Shown here one piece after another: positions 18,765 through 27,724 of a DNA stretch of 64,000 nucleotides; within the stretch, counting starts at the first letter, position 1, and each line of letters starts with the position of its first letter. The stretch lies in NCBI GenBank assembly GCA_029858305.1, contig JAOUFI010000001.1:39-64038 (forward strand). The letters are read 5' to 3'. A program made the position numbers and the translations under genes. The notes below the pieces were generated by a model. The model was not told the DNA's origin. It saw only the letters and a program-made list of their open reading frames with translations, and made no database searches. Source of the stretch: Candidatus Thorarchaeota archaeon (GTDB taxonomy: Archaea; Asgardarchaeota; Thorarchaeia; Thorarchaeales; Thorarchaeaceae).

Positions 18765-18872
18765 GTGTTAATCGATATGGAGAGTATAAGACCTCAGAGA
18801 TTCAGGGAAGACATTCCATAATAGCTCAAAGAGTGGCAAGATTTGCCGAAATTATGCATGAAAAAACTCTTG

Positions 18873-18934
18873 CGAAACCCCCCGATTGACCCGTTGAGAA
18901 CAGAAAGAAGAACATCCTCGTTCGGGGGATTTCG
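18873..18934. other. long-range GC-rich hairpin in a 375-nt AT-rich spacer (possible small structured RNA or protein-binding site)
   Basis: CGAAACCCCCCGA (18873-18885) pairs with TCGGGGGATTTCG (18922-18934), 12 of 13 positions, enclosing 36 nt. Confidence 0.25.
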
Positions 18935-19139
18935 TGTTAGCAGTTATAAGTTACATTAAAATGTTTTTCGGTTAATATTATGTAACCAAAATATTTATTA
19001 CATGTATCGTGTAATACTATTATGAGGTGTTCGCGTGATTTCGACACCACATGATTACCATTGAACCATATCTGGTTCAAAAGGACGCTTAGATTTCTGC
19101 GAATCACTACAAGAAGCCTCGGTCTAAGGAGGAGCAAGA

Positions 19140-19406
19140 ATGTCCAGCAAGAAATCGGGAAGAGTTGCACTCGCTATTGGAGTATGGCTTGTCCTATCGG
19201 TTGTTGTATTTGGTTCCCTAATCTACGTAGCTTGCACAAGCAACTGTGTAGAAATCATCGCGTCTGAAGATGGAATCTCTGTGGACATGGGGAATGTCGA
19301 TCAAGTTCCAGCCACAGATCAGAGAATTCGACGCGGGCCTATCGAGATGGTACCATTCTACTATCCAGGATTTTGGCGTGGGCCTATTTTTATAACGCCG
19401 ACATAG
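19140..19406 (+). CDS. small single-pass membrane protein
   Basis: 88 aa. Strong SD (TAAGGAGGAGCAAGA-ATG). Helix VALAIGVWLVLSVVVFGSLIYV. Confidence 0.5.
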   Translation: MSSKKSGRVALAIGVWLVLSVVVFGSLIYVACTSNCVEIIASEDGISVDMGNVDQVPATDQRIRRGPIEMVPFYYPGFWRGPIFITPT

Positions 19407-19533
19407 GAATTACCACCAATAACCTCAGAGAATTGAGGTACCAAACGGGGAGGTTCTATCCTCCTCGTCCCCTTCTTTTTTTGTTCTTTGGCTACCTACA
19501 AGTACAATGAAAATGCAATTTCTAAAGGAAAAA

Positions 19534-19911
19534 TCAGCTACTCTCTTCTTGGAAAACACCATACGCATGCTTCTTTGCTGTGTCACGTAATTGACGAATA
19601 TCTTGGGCTTGTCCCTTGATTTCTTCAAATATTTTAAGGCGTGAAGAAATCGCTTGTTCGACAAACGCGGAAACAGCTTCGGATCGGCTCTTAAAAATCT
19701 CAAGCTCTACTAAGGCATCAAGAATCTCTACGATATCAGTACTCATGCGCGTCATTACAGAGATTTCACGTTTCTTTGAAAACAGGTCTTCATCAGACAA
19801 TCGTCCTAGAAGCTGCTCTCTAAGAGTTAAAGTACTCCCCTCACCAACGAGTTCTTTTTCGATTTCTGTAATTTTTTTCACGGCGAATCCCTCCACTAAT
19901 ATATTGTACAT
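19534..19911 (-). CDS. ribbon-helix-helix (CopG-like) DNA-binding protein
   Basis: REISVMTRMSTDIVEILDALVELEIFKSRSEAVSAFVEQAI fits the beta-strand/helix/helix RHH pattern. Divergent from the hydrogenase operon. Confidence 0.55.
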   Translation of the reverse strand: MYNILVEGFAVKKITEIEKELVGEGSTLTLREQLLGRLSDEDLFSKKREISVMTRMSTDIVEILDALVELEIFKSRSEAVSAFVEQAISSRLKIFEEIKGQAQDIRQLRDTAKKHAYGVFQEESS

Positions 19912-19932
19912 TAGCGCTTATATTTCTTTATC

Positions 19933-19949
19933 ATGTAACACTGTTACAT
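19933..19949. promoter_or_regulatory. perfect palindrome ATGTAAC-ACT-GTTACAT (candidate operator)
   Basis: 7-3-7 inverted repeat 22 nt upstream of the RHH start codon, flanked by AT-rich TATA-like sequence. The same heptamers recur at 18950 and 18980. Confidence 0.35.
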
Positions 19950-20107
19950 TATTATATTTATATGTAATGGCCTATAGATTATAGGATCGTTTCTGAATGA
20001 TCCAAGGAGATTTTTGTTGTATCAGCGAAAATATATAGACCTCATAATGGGAAAACGCTCAGACAAAATATCAGGCGTCGACCAAATCAAAGGTCGCAAA
20101 GGGCAAG

Positions 20108-21148
20108 GTGCCAGGTATGCGCATATTAAAAATGCAGTCTAAATTTCTCGATGTGTTCCTCGAGAGTCTAAACAAGTTTGGTAATCTATACGGACCAACG
20201 TATAAGAATAAAGTACTATCTTATGATCGACTAGCAAATATCTCAGACCTCGTTCTCACTGATGAACATCCGATGATACCCATAAAGAAACTCTTCCATC
20301 CAATGAAGTTCACAATGCTACATTTTAACGAGATGGGATTCACTCCAGATTATTCTACAATTGAAAAGAGAGTCATATTAGGAGTACACCCATGTGAGAT
20401 ACATAGTCTTCTCATTCTTGACAGCGTTTTCATGCGAGAGCCGATGGATCCCTATTATGCACAACTTAGACAGAACTCAGCGATAATAGGATTCTCGTGT
20501 CTTCCCACAGAGAACTCTCTGTGTTTCTCAACAGATACAGACATTGTGGAGGAAGGATTTGACTTATTCTTTGTAAACCTGGGTGAGTACTTTTTGGTTT
20601 GGGTTGGTTCGAGCCTCGGTCATGATATGATCTATGAACGAGAGGAGTTCTTTGACAAGAATGTCACTCATGATGATATTCAGGAGTATGTAGAATGGCG
20701 ACAAAAGAAGAATAAAATGTTCAAGAAGAGCTTTGAGTTTGACAGTATGCCGGACATCATGGAACTTAGCTACGAGTCTGAGATCTGGGAAGAATTCGCC
20801 AAGATATGTCTATCATGTGGTCAATGCTCTATGGTCTGTCCTACATGCAACTGTTATAGTGTCACAGATGTTTTTGATGTGACCAACGAACAAATAGGAC
20901 GCCGAGATAGAAACTGGGACAGCTGCATGTATGTTGACTACAGTTTAGTTGCAGGTGGACATAATTTCAGGGCTTCTCGGGGAAACAGACTCAAGCTCTG
21001 GTATGGTCACAAATTGAAGACATTTGGAAAGGACTATGGACGTCCTGGTTGTGTCGGGTGTGGCCGTTGTGTTGATTCATGTCCAGTTGATATCAATGTG
21101 CTGACAATTTCAGAAGCACTGACTACAAAGGAGGTACCAGAGAAATGA
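20108..21148 (+). CDS. hydB: group 3b [NiFe]-hydrogenase (sulfhydrogenase) beta subunit, 4Fe-4S / AsrA-like
   Basis: 346 aa. CLSCGQCSMVCPTCNC and CVGCGRCVDSCP ferredoxin-type motifs. First gene of the B-G-D-A order known from Pyrococcus sulfhydrogenase. The ATG at 20117 is a possible start. Confidence 0.85.
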   Translation: MPGMRILKMQSKFLDVFLESLNKFGNLYGPTYKNKVLSYDRLANISDLVLTDEHPMIPIKKLFHPMKFTMLHFNEMGFTPDYSTIEKRVILGVHPCEIHSLLILDSVFMREPMDPYYAQLRQNSAIIGFSCLPTENSLCFSTDTDIVEEGFDLFFVNLGEYFLVWVGSSLGHDMIYEREEFFDKNVTHDDIQEYVEWRQKKNKMFKKSFEFDSMPDIMELSYESEIWEEFAKICLSCGQCSMVCPTCNCYSVTDVFDVTNEQIGRRDRNWDSCMYVDYSLVAGGHNFRASRGNRLKLWYGHKLKTFGKDYGRPGCVGCGRCVDSCPVDINVLTISEALTTKEVPEK

Positions 21149-21993
21149 CTCTGATTGAAACAGTAGAAAATCCATTCAAACCAAAGGCTGCTAGGATTGT
21201 TAGACATTACGATTTGATTAAAGACCACAGATTCTTCCAGATTCGACACATAGACATGGCGAAAGCAATGTCTTTCTCTTATAATCCAGGTCAATTCATT
21301 ATGCTTTCAATACCTGGCGTCGGAGAGTGTCCCTTTTCAATTTCATCTACACCAAGCCGCCCTGGTATTCTTGAGTTGGGGGTCAGAAGGGTAGGAAAAC
21401 TGACTGAATCTCTTTTCCAAAAGAGAGACAATGAAGTCGTGTACATAAGAGGGCCCTATGGAAATGGCTTCAAACTGGATAAAATGGTCGATAAAGATCT
21501 AATCATCGTCGCTGGTGGACTTGGAGTCATTCCTCTTCGTTCAATCTTATATTATGCATTAGACAACCGAGACCAGTTCAAACGAGTGTTCTTCCTATAT
21601 GGTGCAAGGACTCCCAACGAATTTCTGTTCAAGACTGAATTCTTCCAATTAAAGAACCGTAAAGACATAGAGTGTTTGTATACGGTGGATAAATCGGATG
21701 CAGAATGGCCTCATGCCACGGGTGTTGTAACGAAGCTCTTCAAGAATCTTCCAGAGATAGACCCAAGCGAAACAACAGCGGTCGTGGTGGGACCTCCTGT
21801 TATGTACAAGTTTGTGATTGATGAGTTCTTGAAACTAAAGATACCAAAGAACCTGATACAGCTCTCACTCGAGAGACGAATGAAATGTGGAATTGGAAAA
21901 TGTGGACACTGTGCCATTGAACATCTCTATACCTGTATGGATGGTCCTGTATTCACATATTGGGACACCTTACACTTCAGGGAGTTGATCTAA
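21145..21993 (+). CDS. hydG: sulfhydrogenase gamma subunit (FAD/NAD(P)-binding, 2Fe-2S)
   Basis: 282 aa. PyrK/ferredoxin-reductase-like fold (GQFIMLSIPG, PFSISS, VAGGLGVIPL) and C-terminal CGIGKCGHC..C cluster. ATGA overlap with hydB. Confidence 0.85.
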   Translation: MTLIETVENPFKPKAARIVRHYDLIKDHRFFQIRHIDMAKAMSFSYNPGQFIMLSIPGVGECPFSISSTPSRPGILELGVRRVGKLTESLFQKRDNEVVYIRGPYGNGFKLDKMVDKDLIIVAGGLGVIPLRSILYYALDNRDQFKRVFFLYGARTPNEFLFKTEFFQLKNRKDIECLYTVDKSDAEWPHATGVVTKLFKNLPEIDPSETTAVVVGPPVMYKFVIDEFLKLKIPKNLIQLSLERRMKCGIGKCGHCAIEHLYTCMDGPVFTYWDTLHFRELI

Positions 21994-21994
21994 A

Positions 21995-22789
21995 GTGATA
22001 GAAGTAGGTAACAACAAACTCACCGTCGTAAAACCAAAAGTGGGCATTTATGGATTCACAGGATGCGCAGGGGATCAGCTTCTAATTATCCATACCGAGG
22101 AGGAGATTCTTAACCTGTTTAATTCTGTGGATATACGTTCCTTCGTTATGGCTTCAAGTAATCCAACTGAAGAGGAACTAGATGTTGCATTTATTGAAGG
22201 TAGCATCAGCACGGAAGAGGAAAGAGAACATATTCTCAAGATAAGAAAGAGAGCAAAGATACTAGTAGCAATCGGCAACTGTGCTGTAAGCGGTGGACTA
22301 CAATCAATGTTCACTGGAGACAATACATTCGAGAAGCGGATGAATAAAGTATACGGAGATGTCGAGTTTTTGACAAATCCCCTTGAAGCAAAGCCTGTTG
22401 ATGCGTTTGTTGTAGTAGATTACTATCTCCCTGGCTGTCCAATTAGTGCACCACAAGCTTTTGCTCTGATTTCCAGACTTATCCATGGAGCCATTCCGGA
22501 GCCTTACCCCCACCCAGTGTGCCATGAGTGCAAACTCAATGAAAACCGCTGCTTGTTGCTTGATAAGATTACATGCATTGGTCCATTAACCGCTGGAGGA
22601 TGTGGTTCAGCCTGTCCAAATCATGGTCTTCCATGTGTTGGGTGCTGGGGACCGAATGAGGATGGAAACTTCGAGCACCATCTTGAATTGTTAGAGAGTT
22701 TTGGAAAGACAAGAGAGGAGATACGTAGACTAGTCAGAGGATATGGAGGACATAAAATCCTCAAGTTCATTGACAAGGGAGGAAAATGA
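21995..22789 (+). CDS. hydD: sulfhydrogenase delta subunit ([NiFe] small-subunit-like)
   Basis: 264 aa. GCAGDQL, IEGSIST, GNCAVSGG, LPGCP, CHECK..C and GGCGSACP..PCVGC cluster ligands. Confidence 0.85.
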   Translation: MIEVGNNKLTVVKPKVGIYGFTGCAGDQLLIIHTEEEILNLFNSVDIRSFVMASSNPTEEELDVAFIEGSISTEEEREHILKIRKRAKILVAIGNCAVSGGLQSMFTGDNTFEKRMNKVYGDVEFLTNPLEAKPVDAFVVVDYYLPGCPISAPQAFALISRLIHGAIPEPYPHPVCHECKLNENRCLLLDKITCIGPLTAGGCGSACPNHGLPCVGCWGPNEDGNFEHHLELLESFGKTREEIRRLVRGYGGHKILKFIDKGGK

Positions 22790-22790
22790 T

Positions 22791-24083
22791 ATGCCAAAGA
22801 AAAATGAAATTCGGATAGAACCCTTAGCAAGAGTTGAGGGACATGGCGGTATCAAAGTAGAGATAGAAAACAACAAAGTCAGTAATGTTGAAGTCCAAGT
22901 TCTTGAGGGACCAAGACTCTTCGAAACCCTTGTTGTGGGCAAGACACCTCAGGAAGACCTCAGTATTGTGCCGAGGATCTGCGCAATCTGTAATCTCTCC
23001 CACAAATACGCGGCTCTTCGTGGTTTAGAGAAGGCTGTTGGTGTGAAGGTTGATTCAGGGACTAAGTTATATCGCCAGCTCATGCATCATGGAGAGATGA
23101 TAGAGAGTCATAGTCTGCATATCTATTTTCTTGCACTGCCTGACTTCTTGGGCTATGATAACGCTGTAGCAATGGCGGATAAATATGGAGCAGTTGTTAC
23201 GAAGGCTCTACAACTCAAGAAATTTGGTAATAAAATCATGCGCATGATGGGTGGAAGAATGATTCACGGCGAGAATCCAATCCTTGGAGGGTTCGGCAAG
23301 CTGCCGACAAAGGAAGAACTTATCGAGGTAAAGAAAGAGGCAATAGAGTTACTTCCCTTTGCCGTGGAAACAATAGATCTTCTTGCGGGACTTGAGATTC
23401 CAGCCCATATGGAGAGAGAAACACAATTTCTCTGCTGCAAACCTCCTCATGATGACTATGATTACTATGGTGATGTGCTTATCACATCAGATGGTAGTGA
23501 ATACTCTGCTGATGATTACAAATCGGCAATTAAAGAGCGAGTTGTCAGTCATAGTTTTGCCAAACGAGGACGATACAATAACAAGCCATTTACAGTGGGA
23601 GCTCTTGCCAGAATCTTGCTCTTGGGTACTCGACTCACGGACAAGGCAGGAGAAGCCCGCGACAAACTAATCAATGAGAGGTGGCATCGAAACCCAATCT
23701 TCAATAATCATGCACAAGCAATTGAGCAAGTATTTTCACTGGAAAGCATTCCGAAAATTGTAGACGAACTTCTTGCTGGTGCAAAATCGAAAGTCGCAAA
23801 ATCCACGCAGGCAACAGGTTCTGGTACAGGGGCTGTCGAAGCTCCTCGTGGAACACTGATTCATCACTATGATGTGAAAGAGGGATTAATCACTGCAGCC
23901 GACTTTATAACACCAACTGCGATGTTCCTTGACGATATTGAGGAGTTCATCCGAACGAGTGGAGATACTCTTCTATCAGAGAAACGGATGGACAATATTG
24001 AGTTGGAGTTTGAAAAAATAGCACGGGCTTATGATCCGTGTATAAGTTGCAGCGCTCATTTAGTAAAGGTCGTCTATAAGTAG
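22791..24083 (+). CDS. hydA: sulfhydrogenase alpha subunit ([NiFe] large subunit)
   Basis: IEPLARVEGHGG, L1 motif RICAICNLSH, C-terminal DPCISCSAH followed by a 7-aa tail. The ATG at 22791 sits 1 nt after the hydD stop with GGAGG upstream. The track ORF start at 22743 is unlikely. Confidence 0.9.
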   Translation: MPKKNEIRIEPLARVEGHGGIKVEIENNKVSNVEVQVLEGPRLFETLVVGKTPQEDLSIVPRICAICNLSHKYAALRGLEKAVGVKVDSGTKLYRQLMHHGEMIESHSLHIYFLALPDFLGYDNAVAMADKYGAVVTKALQLKKFGNKIMRMMGGRMIHGENPILGGFGKLPTKEELIEVKKEAIELLPFAVETIDLLAGLEIPAHMERETQFLCCKPPHDDYDYYGDVLITSDGSEYSADDYKSAIKERVVSHSFAKRGRYNNKPFTVGALARILLLGTRLTDKAGEARDKLINERWHRNPIFNNHAQAIEQVFSLESIPKIVDELLAGAKSKVAKSTQATGSGTGAVEAPRGTLIHHYDVKEGLITAADFITPTAMFLDDIEEFIRTSGDTLLSEKRMDNIELEFEKIARAYDPCISCSAHLVKVVYK

Positions 24084-24098
24084 AACTTGATTCAGGTT

Positions 24099-24124
24099 TA
24101 TGGGTGTTCTTGTTAACACCCATA
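24099..24124. terminator. perfect 10-bp hairpin between convergent hydA and the ygbA-like gene
   Basis: TATGGGTGTT-cttgtt-AACACCCATA, followed by a T-rich stretch (CATTTCATTTGTTT). Confidence 0.35.
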
Positions 24125-24193
24125 ACATTTCATTTGTTTACAAAGGATTGGAGGGAAAGCCAAAACCATCAGTATCCTGTACCTGCAAAGAGC

Positions 24194-24598
24194 CTATTCT
24201 GGGGGACTTTCACGGTCATGGAATCTATGTCTAAGCCAGACTACCGGGGCGCTCAATGCAATCCGAGGACCTGAGAATCGCATTACTTGCTTTATTCTTT
24301 CCCGCATTTTTGGACTATAGCAGTGCACAGTACATTTCCTACATGTCGGTTTGTTTTCCTGGAATTGGCAGTGTTCTAATCGATTGTTGGAATAATTCAA
24401 TAGCGTCTGACATTCTGAGCACAAAACTCCATCTGCAGTTTTGTGTTTCTTTTCACAAAAGATGTGAATCATTTTTTGTACTGTCGCTTTTTCCCGTTCA
24501 ATTATTGGCCCAGATTTGATAGGATTGGATTCATCTCGCATCATTAGAACACCAAGAAAAGCAGGTTCGTAGTGAATATCTTTGGAAGTCATGTCCAC
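24194..24598 (-). CDS. nitrous-oxide-stimulated-promoter family (YgbA-like) Cys-rich protein
   Basis: FCEKKH..LCSECQTLLNYSNNRLEHCQF..KPTCRKCTVHCY.PKMRERIKQVMRFSGPR matches my memory of the YgbA_NO family pattern. Confidence 0.55.
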   Translation of the reverse strand: MDMTSKDIHYEPAFLGVLMMRDESNPIKSGPIIEREKATVQKMIHIFCEKKHKTADGVLCSECQTLLNYSNNRLEHCQFQENKPTCRKCTVHCYSPKMRERIKQVMRFSGPRIALSAPVVWLRHRFHDRESPPE

Positions 24599-24658
24599 AA
24601 AGATAATCCTTATGTTTGATACGAATTTGCAGACTCCACTTCTAGATGAGGCTGTTCC

Positions 24659-24937
24659 ATGGTCCAGTATTGTGTAATGGTCAAAGGTCCCTGTCGTGGA
24701 AAGTCATGCGATTTCTGGGCTAGAGTGAAGATTAGAAAACTCACAGTGAATGAATTAATTACTGATATTCGAGAGCACATCAAAAAGTGCAACAAGGATA
24801 ATTCGATGTCGATTAATGAGATACTTCGCATATACTGGTCGGAAGTAGGTATGCACGATTTGGACAAACTCTGTTACGAGGAGCCAGACCTCTGCGCCAA
24901 AATGATGGACGCAGAAGTCAAAGCTCAAATTCTTTAG
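24659..24937 (+). CDS. hypothetical small Cys-containing protein
   Basis: 92-aa ORF. Its stop overlaps the convergent FAD-oxidase stop by 4 nt. No family recognised. Confidence 0.3.
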   Translation: MVQYCVMVKGPCRGKSCDFWARVKIRKLTVNELITDIREHIKKCNKDNSMSINEILRIYWSEVGMHDLDKLCYEEPDLCAKMMDAEVKAQIL

Positions 24938-26634
24938 ATCACATCTGATGGCACAGGAATCATGTTCCCTCTGTTGACAATCCATTTTGGATCGAGAACT
25001 CGTTTCACAGCTTGCATCTCAGAGATACCATTTTCACCATACATAACCTCTAGAAAAGCTCGTTTGAGCTTTCCAATTCCATGTTCGGCAGCCACAGTAC
25101 CACCCAATTCTACAGCTCTCTTCGCAAAGAGCATATAATTGTCCATGCCCTGATCAACCTCTTCATTGTTTCTAGGAATCATATTAACGTGAAGATGATT
25201 GTCGCCAATGTGACCAAAGATAACATATTCCATTCCTTGTTCTTCAAGGGTGGATCTATAGAATTTCAGGTAGTCTCTGAGTGCTTCATCAGGGACTGCC
25301 ATATCTGTGCCAATCTTGTGGACCTTATGGTACTCAGCTTTTCGTTGAGCAATAAGGCCATTGACGGTTTCCGGAACGAAGTGACGAACTGTCTTCATTT
25401 TCTCCAGCTCTGAACGATCCAGACCTGCCCAACTAGATTCTGAGGATGTATTATTCTTGTTAAGCACTTCTTCAAGAGCCATAATCATCTCTTCCATTTG
25501 AGCCTCTGTGTATGAGAACTCAAAAAAGACAATAGCCTGCGTGTCTTCCTTCATAGCAGGAACCTTAATTCCAGCTGAGCTTGCCTTCTCTTTTATCATC
25601 TTGATTGCATATGGATCAAAGTATTCCAAGAAATCCATCTTTATTTTGCTATTCGGAGCACGAATGTCATATACGAAATTAACAGCATCATTCTCACTTG
25701 GGAAAAAGGCCATAACAGTCATTATGCTCTCAGGCTGTTTGGTCAGACCCAATTCGACTTCTGTTATCACTCCAAGAATGCCTTCAGAACCCACAAAGAG
25801 GTCTATGAGGTCCATATCAGGTTTTGTGAACAATCCCGCAGCATTCTTGGTGTTGGGCATCTTGTACGAAGGAACTGTAATCTCAATCTCGCTACCGTCA
25901 CTGTGAACTATAATGAATTTGCCATCTTTTGCCTTCACATCACCTCGGTGGATATCTAGAAAATCACCATTCGAAAGAACGATTTTTATTCGCAGGACCC
26001 AGTTCCTTACAGCACCATACTTGTAGGTCCTTGCACCTGAGGCATTGCATGCAACGATACCGCCTAACCATGCGCTCATCTCTGTGGGATCAACAGGAAA
26101 TGTGAAATCAGCAGATTCCCTATGAAAACGCGCTAAGGCTGCCTGTTGCGCAGAAGTACCAACTCCTTCTAGTACGCCGAGATTCTTTGAAGATACAGCC
26201 TTGACAACATCTTCTAATGTTGCACCAGCTTGAGCTCCAATTGAGTAAAGGTCTTGTTTCTCTGAATAATTCATATAGAGGATTTTATTCATCTTTTCTA
26301 GATTCAGGGCAATTCCGCCCAGTGGAACGGCAGCACCAGTAAGACCTGTTCTTCCCCCCTGAATAGTGACTGGAGTACCAGATTCGTTGGCATTTTTCAT
26401 TAATAATGCAACTTCTGATTCATTCGTTGGGAAAGCTATCTTGTCCGCAGAACCATCAAAAGAATGGCTCTCATCATCCAGATACAAAGCATAGGTATCT
26501 GTAATCTCAGCTTTGTCTGTCACGACCTTCACATGTGAAAGATCAATATCTTCTGGGGCATAAGCTACAATTCGATGAGTCATCATTATCCCTTTTTTTA
26601 CAAGTGTGATAACCTCTGTCGAAACAAAATGCAA
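24934..26634 (-). CDS. FAD-linked oxidase (GlcD / D-lactate dehydrogenase family)
   Basis: PTNESEVALLMK..PVTIQGGRTGLTGAAVP (FAD-binding PCMH domain) and C-terminal FGHIGDNHLHVN, GGTVAAEHGIGKLK. The Met at about 26586 (MMTHRIV) is a possible true start. Confidence 0.85.
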   Translation of the reverse strand: MHFVSTEVITLVKKGIMMTHRIVAYAPEDIDLSHVKVVTDKAEITDTYALYLDDESHSFDGSADKIAFPTNESEVALLMKNANESGTPVTIQGGRTGLTGAAVPLGGIALNLEKMNKILYMNYSEKQDLYSIGAQAGATLEDVVKAVSSKNLGVLEGVGTSAQQAALARFHRESADFTFPVDPTEMSAWLGGIVACNASGARTYKYGAVRNWVLRIKIVLSNGDFLDIHRGDVKAKDGKFIIVHSDGSEIEITVPSYKMPNTKNAAGLFTKPDMDLIDLFVGSEGILGVITEVELGLTKQPESIMTVMAFFPSENDAVNFVYDIRAPNSKIKMDFLEYFDPYAIKMIKEKASSAGIKVPAMKEDTQAIVFFEFSYTEAQMEEMIMALEEVLNKNNTSSESSWAGLDRSELEKMKTVRHFVPETVNGLIAQRKAEYHKVHKIGTDMAVPDEALRDYLKFYRSTLEEQGMEYVIFGHIGDNHLHVNMIPRNNEEVDQGMDNYMLFAKRAVELGGTVAAEHGIGKLKRAFLEVMYGENGISEMQAVKRVLDPKWIVNRGNMIPVPSDVI

Positions 26635-26693
26635 TATAGAGAATTTGGTGTAGCAGTTGTAGTTAATTCTTTAAAGTAAATGCTAATGCAACT

Positions 26694-27626
26694 GTGAGTT
26701 TAGAGGACTGTGCACGAAATTTGAGAATAGCAGCCATCTCGGATCTTCATATCCTGCCAGACGAAAGCGACAAACAGCTTCTTGAGTGCATAAGAGAGAG
26801 AGTAGAAGAAATAGATCCTGATGTCTTTGTGATCGCAGGAGATGTCAGTGACCATTTAGATATCCTAACTGATGCTTTAACCAAGTTGCATGTCGCGGGG
26901 AGTACTAATCTCTATGTTGCGGGAAACCATGATGTATGGTTTGAAGACACTGGAGGCCCAGGCACTCTTGAGAAATATTCTCACAAAATTGGAGAAGCCT
27001 GCAGAGAAGCTGGATTCTTACATCTACCTGATTCTCCCTTTGTTCTAAGTAATATTGCATTTGTGGGAAGTATGGGATGGTATGACTATTCATTTCGAAG
27101 ACATGATTTGGATATCCCGATGGAAAATTATGAAAAGAAAGAATTCCGAGGAGCTGTTTGGTACGACCTTTTCAAGATAGATTGGGTCTTTACTGATGCA
27201 GAGGCGACCTCTCTTTTCAATCAAAAGCTTGAGTACGACCTAAAGACGCTCCCAAAACACATCACGCAAGTCGTGTATATCTCACATCATCTGCCCTTCC
27301 AAAATCTCACAGTATACAAGGATAGATTGCCATGGGACTTCTATAGTGCGTTCATGGGAGCTACAAGCACAGGGAAAATACTCGAAGAGGATGGAAGAAT
27401 AATCATATCTATTTCTGGACATAGTCACATCAGAAATCAGATGTCGAGGGGGAATATTACAGCAATCACTGTTCCACTTGGTTATGGTCGACCTGATAAT
27501 GAGAGTCTTCAGGACTTCGTGAGAGATGCTGTAGCTGCAATTGAGATTGATGGTAGTGTTGTTAGTGTACCCGGTTTTGTTAAGGGAGACCTTAGCGCAG
27601 ATTTGACATATGCACCATCTAGATAA
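26694..27626 (+). CDS. metallophosphoesterase (calcineurin-like)
   Basis: AAISDLH, IAGDVSD, VAGNHD, SHH, SGHSH motif series. Confidence 0.8.
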   Translation: MSLEDCARNLRIAAISDLHILPDESDKQLLECIRERVEEIDPDVFVIAGDVSDHLDILTDALTKLHVAGSTNLYVAGNHDVWFEDTGGPGTLEKYSHKIGEACREAGFLHLPDSPFVLSNIAFVGSMGWYDYSFRRHDLDIPMENYEKKEFRGAVWYDLFKIDWVFTDAEATSLFNQKLEYDLKTLPKHITQVVYISHHLPFQNLTVYKDRLPWDFYSAFMGATSTGKILEEDGRIIISISGHSHIRNQMSRGNITAITVPLGYGRPDNESLQDFVRDAVAAIEIDGSVVSVPGFVKGDLSADLTYAPSR

Positions 27627-27724
27627 TGACTAGATGACGACAGATTAATGAGTAACGCGAGTAGTTACGAATTTTATTCAGATTTGAGATATGTCGGATA
27701 ACAATAGCATATGGGACTAAAATC

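Noticed and set aside
18873-18934. Could the GC-rich hairpin be a tRNA or tRNA fragment?
   Set aside because: There is no GTTC[GA]A T-loop, no D-arm or anticodon-arm geometry, and a 13-bp closing stem is incompatible with a cloverleaf. It is kept only as an unclassified hairpin.
19534-19911. RHH protein next to a NiFe-hydrogenase operon as a NikR nickel regulator.
   Set aside because: NikR has an N-terminal RHH followed by a His/Cys-rich ACT-like metal domain. Here the RHH is central, the protein is 125 aa, and it has no His/Cys cluster.
22930-23010. An Ala instead of Gly in the hydrogenase L1 motif (RICAICNLSH versus RxCGxCxxxH) as a possible anomaly.
   Set aside because: From memory, the Pyrococcus sulfhydrogenase large subunit also lacks the Gly (RICSFC...). 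The variant therefore fits group 3b rather than being unusual.
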